Source of the DNA: Casimicrobiaceae bacterium
GTDB taxonomy: Bacteria; Pseudomonadota; Gammaproteobacteria; Burkholderiales; Casimicrobiaceae
Length of the DNA: 64,000 nucleotides
NCBI GenBank assembly: GCA_035718935.1
Contig: DASTGT010000055.1
Location: forward strand, 11,784-75,783
Reading direction: 5' to 3'
Shown: positions 31,017-40,668 of the stretch, in pieces
Position numbering within the stretch: the first letter of the stretch is position 1
Layout of the letters: every line of letters begins with the position of its first letter
Position numbers and translations under genes: made by a program
Notes under the pieces: model-generated
Databases searched by the model: none
What the model was told of the DNA's origin: nothing
Seen by the model: the letters and a program-made list of their open reading frames with translations, nothing else

Positions 31017-32246
31017 TTATCGTTGCAGCAAATCGCTCCGTGGCGGTACCCACGGCGGCCGGTAGCGCGGGCAGCGCGAACCGCGGCCGACATCGAGCTC
31101 CGCAAACCCGAGCTCGGGCTCGCGATCGTAGCGAAGATCGCCGATCAGCTGCTCGCCCCCGCGCTCGCTCGACCACGGCGCGCGTGCAAATCCCAGGAAC
31201 GCCGCCGCCCGGCATGACGCGGCGTCGAGCGTGCGCAACGCGTCGCGCGAGCCGACGATCTCTCCGTACCAACGCAACCCCGGCTCGTCGGGCTCCGCGA
31301 CCGGGACCAGCGGCGCGGTGGTATCTCGTTCGACACCGGTAGCCGGGCAGCGCAACCAGGTGATGGGAACCAGCGCCACGAGCGCGCGACGCAACGCATA
31401 GCGATCGCCCGCCGATTGGACGAGGATCACCTCCCAGCAGAGCGGATTCATCGGCAACGGCGTGAGCACGCGGTCGAGCGTCGTCCAGGAGCGCAGGTGC
31501 GACGTTGCGTACCGGTCGACCCGGGTTGCCGCTTGCCGGCCGGCAATGACGAACACTGCGGTGATCGACAGGCACGCGGCGATCGCGGCGCCGAGCGCGA
31601 GCTTCGGCGCGGCATAACGACCGAGCGCGAGCATCGCGACGGCGAGGATGCAGAAGAGCGCGATCGAGCCGGGCAGCACGAGACCCGTGGTGGATGCGAG
31701 GTACACCCCGGCGAGCAGCGCCAGCACGACGAAGCCGCGCCCGGCGTAACTTCGCAGCAAAAAGGCGAGCGACGCCGTGGATGCCCAGAACAATGGCTCC
31801 ACGATGAACACCGAGTCGCCGTAGAACCAGCGATTGTCGATCGGCCACCATGGATGCACGCCGTAGCTGTTGAGGCTGTCCATGGCGACGTGAAGCAGCG
31901 GTGCGAGCAGCGCCAGCGCGACGAGGATGGCGCGATCGCGGCGAGACAGCGAGACGCTCTTCATACGCAGCACCACCGTACACACCACGAGCGTCGCCAC
32001 CGCTGCGAACAGCGCGCCGACGACCGTGTGCGTGTGACCACGATGCTCGAGCAGGTACGCGAGCTTGTCGCCGGATCCGTACGAATACAGCAGGTCGAGA
32101 TCGGGCAGGTTGCTCCCGACGACCATGACCGACAGGAACATCGTGCGGCGGACCGCGCTCTCGCGACCCGATTCGGGCGCGGGCGTAAGGCGCGCCGCCG
32201 ATTCGCCGAGCAGCGCGCCGATCAGCGTGTGCGTGACGTTGTCCAA
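31017..32246 (-). CDS. Inner-membrane metal-dependent hydrolase (YdjM/DUF457-like)
   Basis: DNVTHTLIG, SNLPDLD, HRGHTH, LHVAMDSLNSYGVHP. TTG start. Confidence 0.85.
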   Translation of the reverse strand: MDNVTHTLIGALLGESAARLTPAPESGRESAVRRTMFLSVMVVGSNLPDLDLLYSYGSGDKLAYLLEHRGHTHTVVGALFAAVATLVVCTVVLRMKSVSLSRRDRAILVALALLAPLLHVAMDSLNSYGVHPWWPIDNRWFYGDSVFIVEPLFWASTASLAFLLRSYAGRGFVVLALLAGVYLASTTGLVLPGSIALFCILAVAMLALGRYAAPKLALGAAIAACLSITAVFVIAGRQAATRVDRYATSHLRSWTTLDRVLTPLPMNPLCWEVILVQSAGDRYALRRALVALVPITWLRCPATGVERDTTAPLVPVAEPDEPGLRWYGEIVGSRDALRTLDAASCRAAAFLGFARAPWSSERGGEQLIGDLRYDREPELGFAELDVGRGSRCPRYRPPWVPPRSDLLQR

Positions 32247-32295
32247 GACGACGGGGGTCAGCGCGCCAGTCGGCGCCCGCGCGCGAGGAAGGCAC

Positions 32296-33204
32296 TCAAA
32301 TGCCGTCGACGCCCGTGATCGTTCCGCCCCGCGTGCGACAGAACGCGCAAAAAGCTTCCACGGTCTGCATTCGAATATCGGACCGATAGACGAGTCCGTA
32401 TTCCTGTTGGAGGTCGCGCCCCTCGATCTCCAGCATCCGCAATCCCGGTTCCGGTGAACGCAGCATCGTGACCCGCGGCACGATCGCGGCCGCGAGACCG
32501 AGTCGAACGATGCGCTTGATGAATTCGGTGTCGTTGGATTCGGCGACGATCGGCGGATAGCCGCCGTTGGCGAGAAACAGCCGGTCGGTGGCGAGCCGGC
32601 TGCCGGCGCCCGCTTGATAACGTGCGAACCGATGCTGGCGCAGCATGGAGAGCGGCACCGCGGGAAATCGCGCCAGAGGGTGCGCCTCGCCGACGATGAC
32701 GACGTGCTGCGTCGAACCCAGTACGATGCACGGCAAGCGCGACGAATCACCGGAGAAAGCGGTGAAAGCGACATCCACCTTACGCGCGACCACCTGATGC
32801 TCGCCCTCGACGCCGGACACGGTCGCCGTCACTTTGACTTCGATGCCGGGATTGCACGCGATGAAGTCGCCGATGAGGTCGCCGTAGAGATAGACGATCC
32901 CGAGCGGACTGCACGCGATGCGAAGCTCGCCCAGGACCGGACCGCGACCCGGCGCGGCAAAGCTTCGCCGCAGGGCGTCCACCTCGGCGAGGATGCGTCC
33001 CGACGATGAAAGCACGCGCTTGCCGCTGCTCGACAGCTCGACCCGCGGTTTGCAGCGCAGGATCAGCGTCTCGCCGAGCTCGTCTTCGAGGCTTTTGATC
33101 TGATGGCTGATGGCCGACTGCGTCCGGTTCAGGCGCTGCGCGGCCGCGCGGAAGCTTCCGGTTTCGGCGATCGCCGTCAAAGCGAGCAACTGACGAAAGT
33201 CCAT
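32296..33204 (-). CDS. LysR-family regulator
   Basis: MDFRQLLAL..GSFRAAAQRLNRTQSAISHQIKSLEDELG; divergent from the cupin gene. Confidence 0.92.
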   Translation of the reverse strand: MDFRQLLALTAIAETGSFRAAAQRLNRTQSAISHQIKSLEDELGETLILRCKPRVELSSSGKRVLSSSGRILAEVDALRRSFAAPGRGPVLGELRIACSPLGIVYLYGDLIGDFIACNPGIEVKVTATVSGVEGEHQVVARKVDVAFTAFSGDSSRLPCIVLGSTQHVVIVGEAHPLARFPAVPLSMLRQHRFARYQAGAGSRLATDRLFLANGGYPPIVAESNDTEFIKRIVRLGLAAAIVPRVTMLRSPEPGLRMLEIEGRDLQQEYGLVYRSDIRMQTVEAFCAFCRTRGGTITGVDGI

Positions 33205-33241
33205 GCGGTGATCGAATCGGTGCATCGAGCCGATTCGCATT

Positions 33242-33256
33242 ATGAATTGGACTCAT
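33242..33256. promoter_or_regulatory. LysR-type box
   Basis: ATGA-N7-TCAT (T-N11-A dyad) in the divergent intergenic region. Confidence 0.5.
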
Positions 33257-33318
33257 ACGCCACGCCAAGCCTAAGCTCACCGGCAGCCGAACCGGCAAAC
33301 ATGATCGGAGGAGAGGCC

Positions 33319-33957
33319 ATGAAGTGGAGCAACGAGAACGGATACGACTGGTGCGAGATCGTCGACATCGACACGCTCGTCGGTCGTCTGCTGCAGCCCG
33401 ACCTGCGTCCCGGCAAGTGGTCCGGCGAGGACATCCGCCGGGCGATGGGCTATTTCACGAAGGAGAACAGGCGACACGACGATCAGCGACGCGGCGTGAC
33501 GCTCGTGCACAACGACCTCGCGGGATCGGCCGGCATCTCTCCGTCGATCAGCATCTCGTTCCAGCCGATCCTTCCCGGCGAGAAGCTTGCCTTTCATCGC
33601 CATAATTACGTTGCGATCTACTACTGGGTCGAAGGCGAGGGTTACACGGCGAACGACGACGAAGGGATCGATCGCGAGGAAACCCGGATCTACTGGAAGG
33701 CGGGCGACGTGACGATCTCGCCGGCGTGGGTCAATCACGCGCACGTCTGCACCTCGCACGAGCCGGCGCTGCAACTCGCCATTCACGACTTTCCGGAACT
33801 CTGCTATCGGCGCGCGATGCTCTCGGAGGATCCGGACGGACACGAGAACCTTCGTCACATGGTGAAGGGCGTCGTGCCGAGCTTCAACAACCTCGACACG
33901 TCGGAGGACCTGCGCAAGCGCAGCCAGAAGATCTCCATCCGGTCGACCAAGAAATAG
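33319..33957 (+). CDS. Cupin protein resembling one domain of gentisate 1,2-dioxygenase-type enzymes
   Basis: QPILPGE..FHRH..VEGEGYT..WKAGDVTISPAWVNHAH; GGAGGAG RBS. Confidence 0.75.
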   Translation: MKWSNENGYDWCEIVDIDTLVGRLLQPDLRPGKWSGEDIRRAMGYFTKENRRHDDQRRGVTLVHNDLAGSAGISPSISISFQPILPGEKLAFHRHNYVAIYYWVEGEGYTANDDEGIDREETRIYWKAGDVTISPAWVNHAHVCTSHEPALQLAIHDFPELCYRRAMLSEDPDGHENLRHMVKGVVPSFNNLDTSEDLRKRSQKISIRSTKK

Positions 33958-34028
33958 CCTGGCAGGCTGCCGCGGCACGTACCGTCGATAATCGCGCTGC
34001 GCGACGACCGCGCCCGCAAGGAGGAACC

Positions 34029-35165
34029 ATGCCGTTCATGTCGAAATGCATCGTGGCCGCGGCCTGTGCACTGCTCGTCGGCGTCGCGCAAGCCGCGGAC
34101 GTTCGCATCGGCCTGCTGCTTTCGCAAAGCGGGCCGCTTTCGTCATACGGCGTGCCGATGAAGGCCGCGGCCGAGTATGCCGCGAAGGTCGTCAACGATG
34201 CGGGCGGGATCAACGGCAACCGCCTGGTCGTGATCACCGAGGACGATGCGAGCAATCCAACCGCGTTCCTGAACGGGCTCAATCGGCTGATCGACGAGCA
34301 GCACGTCGTGGCGCTCGTCGGACCGATCACGACGGGCTTCTACCAGGCGGGCGCGCCGGTGGTGAAGGAGAAGGCGGTACCGATGATCTCGCCGACGGCG
34401 ACCGCGCCGAACCTCACGGCCGGCAACCCGTTCGCGTTTCGCAACAATCCGTCGGAAGACACGAACATCCCGATCCTGCTGAAGCAAATCCGCGCGAAGT
34501 TGCCGGCATCGAAGACGATGTCGATCATCTACGACAACAAACAGGCAGCGGACAAGATCATCGGCACGCTCTACGAGTCGCTCGCACCGAAGAACGGCTG
34601 GACCGTGCAGGGCGTGACGACGTTTCTGTCGGGACAGCTCAACTACAGCGACGTCGTCGCGCGTACGCTGAAGGGCAATCCGGACCTCGTCGCCGCCGCC
34701 GCGCATGCCGAGGACGCCGCGAACGTCGCGCGCGAATTGCGCCGTCAAGGGTATCGCGGACTCATCCTCGGCGGGACGCCCACGGTTTCGCAGGATTACA
34801 TCAAGATCGCCGGCGATGCGGCGAACGACACGTTCGTCGTCGTTCCGTATTTCTTCGGCGCCAAGACGCCGCAGAACGAACGCTTCGTCGGCGGATACGC
34901 GAAGGCCGGCGGACGGGCGACCCCCGATCCGTGGGAGGCGAGCACGTACGAATGCATCGCGATGCTTGCGCAGGCGTTGCGCGAGGCGAAGGCCTCGGGG
35001 GATGCGGCACGCGTCGCGGAGGAGCGCACTGCGGTGCAGCGCCAACTCGCCGCGCTGCGCGACTTCCCCGGATTGATCGGGCCGATCAGCTTCGACGCGG
35101 AACGCGTCGCGGTGAAACCGGCGGTGATCATCCACGTGAACGGGGGCAAGTGGGAAGCGCAGTAA
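34029..35165 (+). CDS. Liv-type ABC substrate-binding protein
   Basis: Signal peptide, SQSGPLSSYG, VNDAGGING, EDDASNP. Confidence 0.9.
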   Translation: MPFMSKCIVAAACALLVGVAQAADVRIGLLLSQSGPLSSYGVPMKAAAEYAAKVVNDAGGINGNRLVVITEDDASNPTAFLNGLNRLIDEQHVVALVGPITTGFYQAGAPVVKEKAVPMISPTATAPNLTAGNPFAFRNNPSEDTNIPILLKQIRAKLPASKTMSIIYDNKQAADKIIGTLYESLAPKNGWTVQGVTTFLSGQLNYSDVVARTLKGNPDLVAAAAHAEDAANVARELRRQGYRGLILGGTPTVSQDYIKIAGDAANDTFVVVPYFFGAKTPQNERFVGGYAKAGGRATPDPWEASTYECIAMLAQALREAKASGDAARVAEERTAVQRQLAALRDFPGLIGPISFDAERVAVKPAVIIHVNGGKWEAQ

Positions 35166-35166
35166 C

Positions 35167-36054
35167 GTGGATCTCGAATTCCTGGTTCGGCAGATCGCGA
35201 ACGGCCTCATCCTGGGCAGCACGTACGGGCTGGTCGCGCTCGGGCTGACGCTCGTCTTCGGCGTCCTCGGCGTGATCAACCTCGCGCAGGGCGAACTCTT
35301 CATGGTCGGCGCGTTCGCGGGCCTCGTTGCGCTCAATGCCGGGCTGCCCTTTCCGCTGGCGCTCATCGCCGGTCCCGTCGCTGCCGCGCTCGTCGGGCTC
35401 GCGATATACGCGCTCGTGCTGCGCCGGCTTCCCCAGAACGTCGATCCGCATGTGCCGATGATCGCCACGATGGCGGCCGCGGTCGTCGTCCAGCAGCTCG
35501 CAACGCGCCTGTTCTCCGCACGCCAGCACCCCTACCCGACCCCGGACTCGCTCGCCGGAATCGTGCACATCGGCCCCATCGCATTCGAGACGTTGAACGC
35601 CTTCATTTTCGCGCTCGCGCTCGCCGTGGTCGCAGGCCTTTACCTGCTCGTCTTGCGCACGCGACTCGGGCTTGCGATTCGCGCGGTCGCGGAGAACCCG
35701 CGCATGGCGGCGCTGCTCGGCATCGGCAGCGACGCGACGATCTCCGCGGTCTTCGTGATCTCCTCCGCCCTCGCGGGTATCGCCGGCGTGCTCGTCGCCA
35801 TGTTCTTCAACAACGTCAGCCCCTATATCGGCATCCCGATCGGCATGAAGGGATTGGCGGCGGTCATTCTCGGCGGCCTCGGCAGCATCACCGGCGCGCT
35901 TGTGGCGGGTCTCGTGATCGGCGTCGCGGAAGTCGTCACCGTCGCCTACGTCGATTCCTCGTGGCGCGACGCGGTCGCCTTCGTGGTGATGATCGCCATC
36001 CTCCTCGCACGGCCCACGGGATTGTTCGGCAAGCCGGTCCTCGAGCGGGTTTGA
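35167..36054 (+). CDS. Liv-type ABC permease (LivH-like)
   Basis: NGLILGSTYGLVALGLTLVFG, NLAQGE, ILGGLGS. Confidence 0.92.
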   Translation: MDLEFLVRQIANGLILGSTYGLVALGLTLVFGVLGVINLAQGELFMVGAFAGLVALNAGLPFPLALIAGPVAAALVGLAIYALVLRRLPQNVDPHVPMIATMAAAVVVQQLATRLFSARQHPYPTPDSLAGIVHIGPIAFETLNAFIFALALAVVAGLYLLVLRTRLGLAIRAVAENPRMAALLGIGSDATISAVFVISSALAGIAGVLVAMFFNNVSPYIGIPIGMKGLAAVILGGLGSITGALVAGLVIGVAEVVTVAYVDSSWRDAVAFVVMIAILLARPTGLFGKPVLERV

Positions 36055-37820
36055 TGCCGCGCGCTCGAGCGCGAGTGCGCGTCGGCGCGCTCGTCGTGAT
36101 TGCCGGTTCGTTTTTGGTCTACGACCTGGGCGTCGTTCCCGGCTTTCGCGCGCCCGCCTCCGCGCTGCCGCAGCTTTGCATCGCGGCGCTGATGGCGCTC
36201 GCGGTTTGGTTGCCGTTCGCGTCCGGCCAGTTGTCGCTCGCGCAGGCGGGCTTCATGGCGCTCGGCGCCTATGGGTCGGCATGGCTCACCGTGCACGCCT
36301 CGTTTCCGTTCGGCGCCGCGCTCGCGGTGGCGGCGCTCGGCACGGCCGCGCTCGGGCTCGCTGCGAGCTATCCCGCCCTCCGCCTGCGCGGCATCTATCT
36401 CGCGATCGCAACGCTCGGCCTCGGCGAGGTCATACGCGTGATCTTCTTGAATCTCGAAGCCACCGGCGGTGCGTTCGGCTTTTCGGGAATCGCGCGTCGC
36501 ACGGAAGTGTGGCATCTCGTGCTCGCGCTCGCCGTGACCTGCGGCGTGCTGTACCGCTGGATGCAAGGGCGAACCGGACGGGCGATCGCCGCCGTGCGCG
36601 CGGATTCCACCGTGGCCGCCGCCTTCGGCATCGAGATTACGCGCGTGCGCATGCTGACGTTCACGCTCGGCGCGCTGCTCGCCGGGCTCGCCGGCGGATT
36701 CCAGGCCCACTACGTGCGCTTCATCTCTCCCGAAAACTACGATCTCGCCGCGCTCATCGAGTGGATGACGATGATGATTCTCGGCGGTTTTCAGACGTTC
36801 GTCGGCGTGCTCGCCGGCGCACTCGTCGTCGGCAGCCTGCCGGACATGCTGCACTTCGCCGCGGATTGGCGCCTCACGATCAACGCGATCCTCTTGATGG
36901 TGCTGGTCGTGCTGCGTCCGCAGGGACTCGTTCCCGCCTCGTGGGTGCACCGCACGCGGACCGTTCCGCGGGACATCGACCGACCGGCTGCGGGCGACGA
37001 GCGCGCGTATCGCGTTGCATCCGAAGAAACGACGCCACTCCTCGTTCTCGACGACGTGAGCAAGGCGTTTGGCGGGGTGATGGCGCTCGATGCCGTCAGC
37101 CTCTCGGTGCAACGGCACGCGATCCACGCGATCATCGGCCCCAACGGCGCAGGCAAGACGACACTCTTCAACGTCGTCACGGGCTTCTACACCGCGGATC
37201 GCGGCATCGTTCGCTTCGACGGCGCGGCGATCGGCCGGCTATCGCCGTTTGCCATCGCGCGCCTCGGCGCGGCTCGCACCTTCCAGAACCTGCGTCTGAT
37301 CGGCGACATGCCCGCGCTCGACAACGTGTTGATCGGCGCGCATCGGCGGATGCATTGCGGGCCCGCGGGGGCGGCGTTGGGGCTCGACCGCCGCGAAGAG
37401 CGGCACGCGCGACGCGACGCACTCGAACTCCTCGCGCGATTCGGCCTCGCGCAGCGCGCTGCCGAGCCCGCACGCGCGCTTCCGTATGGTGACCAGCGCC
37501 GGCTCGAAATCGCGCGCGCGCTCGCGTCGGAGCCGAAGCTCCTGCTGCTGGACGAACCGGCCGCCGGCATGAATCGGCCGGAAGCGGAAGCGCTCGCCGT
37601 GCTGATCCGCGACATTCGACGGGAATTCGGCGTCACGATCGTGTTGATCGAGCACGATATGAACTTCGTCATGAGCCTGTGCGACCACGTGACGGTCCTC
37701 GACTTCGGTCGCGTCATTGCGTCGGGCGAGCCGCAGGCCGTGCAGCGCGACGAAGCGGTCGCCCGCGCCTATCTCGGTGCACCCACCCAAACGCCGGATG
37801 AACGCGCGTGGATCTCCTGA
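36054..37820 (+). CDS. Fused LivM permease-LivG ATPase
   Basis: N-terminal GQLSLAQAGF, LRLRGIYLAIATLGLGE; C-terminal GPNGAGKTT, RTFQN, DEPAAG, IEHDM in one frame. Confidence 0.9.
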   Translation: MPRARARVRVGALVVIAGSFLVYDLGVVPGFRAPASALPQLCIAALMALAVWLPFASGQLSLAQAGFMALGAYGSAWLTVHASFPFGAALAVAALGTAALGLAASYPALRLRGIYLAIATLGLGEVIRVIFLNLEATGGAFGFSGIARRTEVWHLVLALAVTCGVLYRWMQGRTGRAIAAVRADSTVAAAFGIEITRVRMLTFTLGALLAGLAGGFQAHYVRFISPENYDLAALIEWMTMMILGGFQTFVGVLAGALVVGSLPDMLHFAADWRLTINAILLMVLVVLRPQGLVPASWVHRTRTVPRDIDRPAAGDERAYRVASEETTPLLVLDDVSKAFGGVMALDAVSLSVQRHAIHAIIGPNGAGKTTLFNVVTGFYTADRGIVRFDGAAIGRLSPFAIARLGAARTFQNLRLIGDMPALDNVLIGAHRRMHCGPAGAALGLDRREERHARRDALELLARFGLAQRAAEPARALPYGDQRRLEIARALASEPKLLLLDEPAAGMNRPEAEALAVLIRDIRREFGVTIVLIEHDMNFVMSLCDHVTVLDFGRVIASGEPQAVQRDEAVARAYLGAPTQTPDERAWIS

Positions 37821-38524
37821 ACGTCGAGGACCTGGTCGTCGCCTACGGCGTGGTTCGCGCCGTGAAGGGCATCAGCCTTCGCGTCGAAGCGGGCGAGATC
37901 GTTGCGTTGATCGGGCCGAACGGCGCGGGCAAGACGACGACGCTCTTGTCCGTTTCCGGCGTGCTGGCGCCGAGCGCCGGCACGATTCGTTTCGGCGGTG
38001 ACACCATCTCCGGTCTTCCCGCTCACATCGTCGCTCGTCGCGGCATCGCGCAGGTCGTCGAAGGCCGCGGCATCTTCGGAACGCTTTCGGTGCTCGACAA
38101 CCTCGCGCTCGGCGCGATCCGGCGAAGCGACCGGACGAGCGTCGACCGCGACATCGCCGAGTCGTTGGAACGCTTCCCGCGACTCGCGGCGCGGAAGTCA
38201 CTGCCCGCGGCCGCGCTCTCGGGCGGAGAACAGCAAATGCTCGCCATTGCGCGCGCGCTGCTCGGGCGCCCGCGCCTTCTGCTCCTCGACGAACCGACGA
38301 TGGGCCTCGCGCCCCTGATCGCCGAGGAGATCTTCCGGCTCGTCGCGGAGATCGGCCGGCGCGGCACCACCGTACTGCTCGTCGAGCAGAACGCACTGCG
38401 CGCGCTGGAGATTTCCTCGCGTGCATACGTTCTGGCGAGCGGCATGATCGTGCGCGCCGGCGCATCGGCGGAGCTTCGACGCGATCCGTCGCTGCTGCAC
38501 GCGTACCTCGGCGGTACCGCTTGA
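37808..38524 (+). CDS. Liv-type ABC ATP-binding protein (LivF-like)
   Basis: GPNGAGKTT, LSGGEQQMLA, DEPTMGLAP. Confidence 0.92.
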   Translation: MDLLNVEDLVVAYGVVRAVKGISLRVEAGEIVALIGPNGAGKTTTLLSVSGVLAPSAGTIRFGGDTISGLPAHIVARRGIAQVVEGRGIFGTLSVLDNLALGAIRRSDRTSVDRDIAESLERFPRLAARKSLPAAALSGGEQQMLAIARALLGRPRLLLLDEPTMGLAPLIAEEIFRLVAEIGRRGTTVLLVEQNALRALEISSRAYVLASGMIVRAGASAELRRDPSLLHAYLGGTA

Positions 38525-39763
38525 TCACGCGCTCGCGAGCGCGACCAGCGTGTGGGCCAGCACGCGCGCGCCGAGGGCGAGATCCTCCGGCTTCGCCGAT
38601 TCGAGTGGGTTGTGGCTGACTCCGTCCTTGCACGGTATGAAGATCATCCCCGTCGGGCAGATCGCGTGCAGGAAGCGCGCATCGTGGCCCGCGGCGGAGA
38701 AGAGATCGAGCGTCGCGATTCCGAGGTCCGTCGCGCTGCGCCGGATCAGCGCACGCATCGACTCGGGAAACTCGAGCGTCATCGCATTCGTCAGCTCAAC
38801 GACCTCCACCGCACAACGCCCGGCGTGCTTCGCACAAAGCGCCGGTACGCGATCGCCGAGCGCAGTGAGACGTGCCGGACCGAGGTGACGAAGGTCGATC
38901 GAGAAGACCGCTTCGCCGGGCACCACCGACGGCGCGTTCGGCGTCACCGCAAGACGTCCCACGGTGAACTTGACGTCGTCGCCGCCCTCGTTCATCGCGA
39001 CGTCGAGTGCATGGATCATCCGCACGGCGGCGAGCAACGCGTCCTTGCGTTCGCGCTGCTCGGCGGTGCCGGCGTGCGCCTCCTCGCCTTTCACCGCGAC
39101 GCGAAACGTGCGCTTGCCCTGGATCCCGGTGACGATGCCGATCGAGTAGCCTTCGCGCTCGAGAATCGGTCCCTGCTCGATGTGCGCCTCGACGTAGGCT
39201 GCGATCGGCCGCTGCAGCGGACGCGACGCCAGGTCGGAAAACGCTGCGTGCAGTGCCGCCAATGCTTGATGCACGCTGACGCCTTGCGCGTCGCGCATCG
39301 GAAGAAAGCGCTCCAACGGCGCGACGCCGGTGAACGCGGCGGAGCCCATCATCCCCGGCGCGAATCGCGAGCCCTCCTCGTTCATCCACGCGACGACTTC
39401 GATCGGCCGGCGCAGCGTCATCTGCGCATCGCCAATCGCCTGCGCCGCCTCGATGCCGGCGAGCACGCCGTAGACGCCGTCGAATTTGCCGCCGCTCGGC
39501 TGGCTGTCGAGATGCGAGCCGGTCAACACCGGTGTTGCGTCAGGGTCCGCACCTTCGCGTCGCAAGAACAGGTTTCCTGCCGGATCCGTGAACGGAGCAA
39601 GGCTCGCCTCGCGGCCCCATGCGATGACCTCGCGCCATGCGGCGAACTCTTCGGCGGACAACGCCTGCCGATTCACGCCGCCGACTGGCGTCGCACCATG
39701 CCGCGCAAGCCGCATGTGCCGCGACCACAGCCGCTCGGCGTCGATGCGGTCCGCGAGGATCAC
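38525..39763 (-). CDS. M20 Zn amidohydrolase (N-carbamoyl-amino acid / allantoate amidohydrolase family)
   Basis: GSHLDSQPSGGKFDG, NEEGSRF, EAHIEQGP, AHAGT, AGHDA, SHNP. Confidence 0.92.
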   Translation of the reverse strand: MILADRIDAERLWSRHMRLARHGATPVGGVNRQALSAEEFAAWREVIAWGREASLAPFTDPAGNLFLRREGADPDATPVLTGSHLDSQPSGGKFDGVYGVLAGIEAAQAIGDAQMTLRRPIEVVAWMNEEGSRFAPGMMGSAAFTGVAPLERFLPMRDAQGVSVHQALAALHAAFSDLASRPLQRPIAAYVEAHIEQGPILEREGYSIGIVTGIQGKRTFRVAVKGEEAHAGTAEQRERKDALLAAVRMIHALDVAMNEGGDDVKFTVGRLAVTPNAPSVVPGEAVFSIDLRHLGPARLTALGDRVPALCAKHAGRCAVEVVELTNAMTLEFPESMRALIRRSATDLGIATLDLFSAAGHDARFLHAICPTGMIFIPCKDGVSHNPLESAKPEDLALGARVLAHTLVALASA

Positions 39764-39773
39764 CGCAGCGCAC

Positions 39774-40655
39774 TCATTCGGTCTTCATGATCTGCGCCGG
39801 AACCGCCCGCGGATCGCGCGGCAGCCAGCGCCCCGCTTCGACCTGCGCGATGAATTCGCCGACGAAGCGGTTGAAGTGCTCGGGCTCCTCGAGATTCAGC
39901 GTGTGCCCGGTCTTGGGCAACACCAGCAGCCCCGACGCCGGAATCGCCTTCTTCATGAAGATCCCCGGCTGCAGGCAATGGTCGTCCTCGTCGCCGACGA
40001 CGATCAGCGTCGGCACGTTCATCGTGCGCAGCCGCGCTTCCAGATCGTAGATCGAAGGCCGGCGCGCCTGCACGCCGCGCATGGTATTCGCAGCGCCGAT
40101 CGCCGAATGCTGGCCGAGGAGGTCGGCGAATTCGCGCCACCCGCGCGGATCCTTGTTTTGAAACTGCACGCGCGACGCTCCGAGCGAATACGTCTTCGCG
40201 AACTGCGCGCTTCCCTGCGTCTCGAACTGGTGCGCGACTTCGAGCGACACGTTACGAAAATAGTCCTCGAACTGCTTCTCCGCACCGTAGCCGGCACCGG
40301 CGACCACCAGCGACAGCGCGCGCGCGGGATGATCGAGCCCAAGATGCAGCGCGGCGAAGCCGCCCATGGAAAGACCCACGACGTGCGCGCGCTCGACACC
40401 CGCAGCGCGCATGATTGCGAGGATGTCGTCGACGGCGATCGCCTGCGAGTAACGGTCGACGTCGTCCGGAACGCCGGACGGCGGGTATCCGCGCGCCGCG
40501 AACGTGATGCAGCGATGACCGCGCGCGAACGCGCGCATCTGCGGCTCCCAGCTTCGATACGTTCCACCGAACTCGTGCACGAACACGATCGGCGTCCCCG
40601 TCCCCGCTTCCTCGTAGTAGAGGCGCGTGCCGTCGGCACTTTGCGCGTAGCTCAT
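39774..40655 (-). CDS. Alpha/beta hydrolase
   Basis: VHEFGG, GLSMGG nucleophile elbow, GDEDD, GHTLNLEEP. Confidence 0.92.
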   Translation of the reverse strand: MSYAQSADGTRLYYEEAGTGTPIVFVHEFGGTYRSWEPQMRAFARGHRCITFAARGYPPSGVPDDVDRYSQAIAVDDILAIMRAAGVERAHVVGLSMGGFAALHLGLDHPARALSLVVAGAGYGAEKQFEDYFRNVSLEVAHQFETQGSAQFAKTYSLGASRVQFQNKDPRGWREFADLLGQHSAIGAANTMRGVQARRPSIYDLEARLRTMNVPTLIVVGDEDDHCLQPGIFMKKAIPASGLLVLPKTGHTLNLEEPEHFNRFVGEFIAQVEAGRWLPRDPRAVPAQIMKTE

Positions 40656-40668
40656 CTCGCGTCCTCGA

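Noticed and set aside
36054-37820. LivM-LivG fusion as a novelty
   Set aside because: Such fusions are common among Liv-type transporters.
26631-38524. Integrative element or prophage at tRNA-Pro (or at tRNA-Val)
   Set aside because: No integrase, transposase or phage gene, and I found no duplicated tRNA 3' end by eye.
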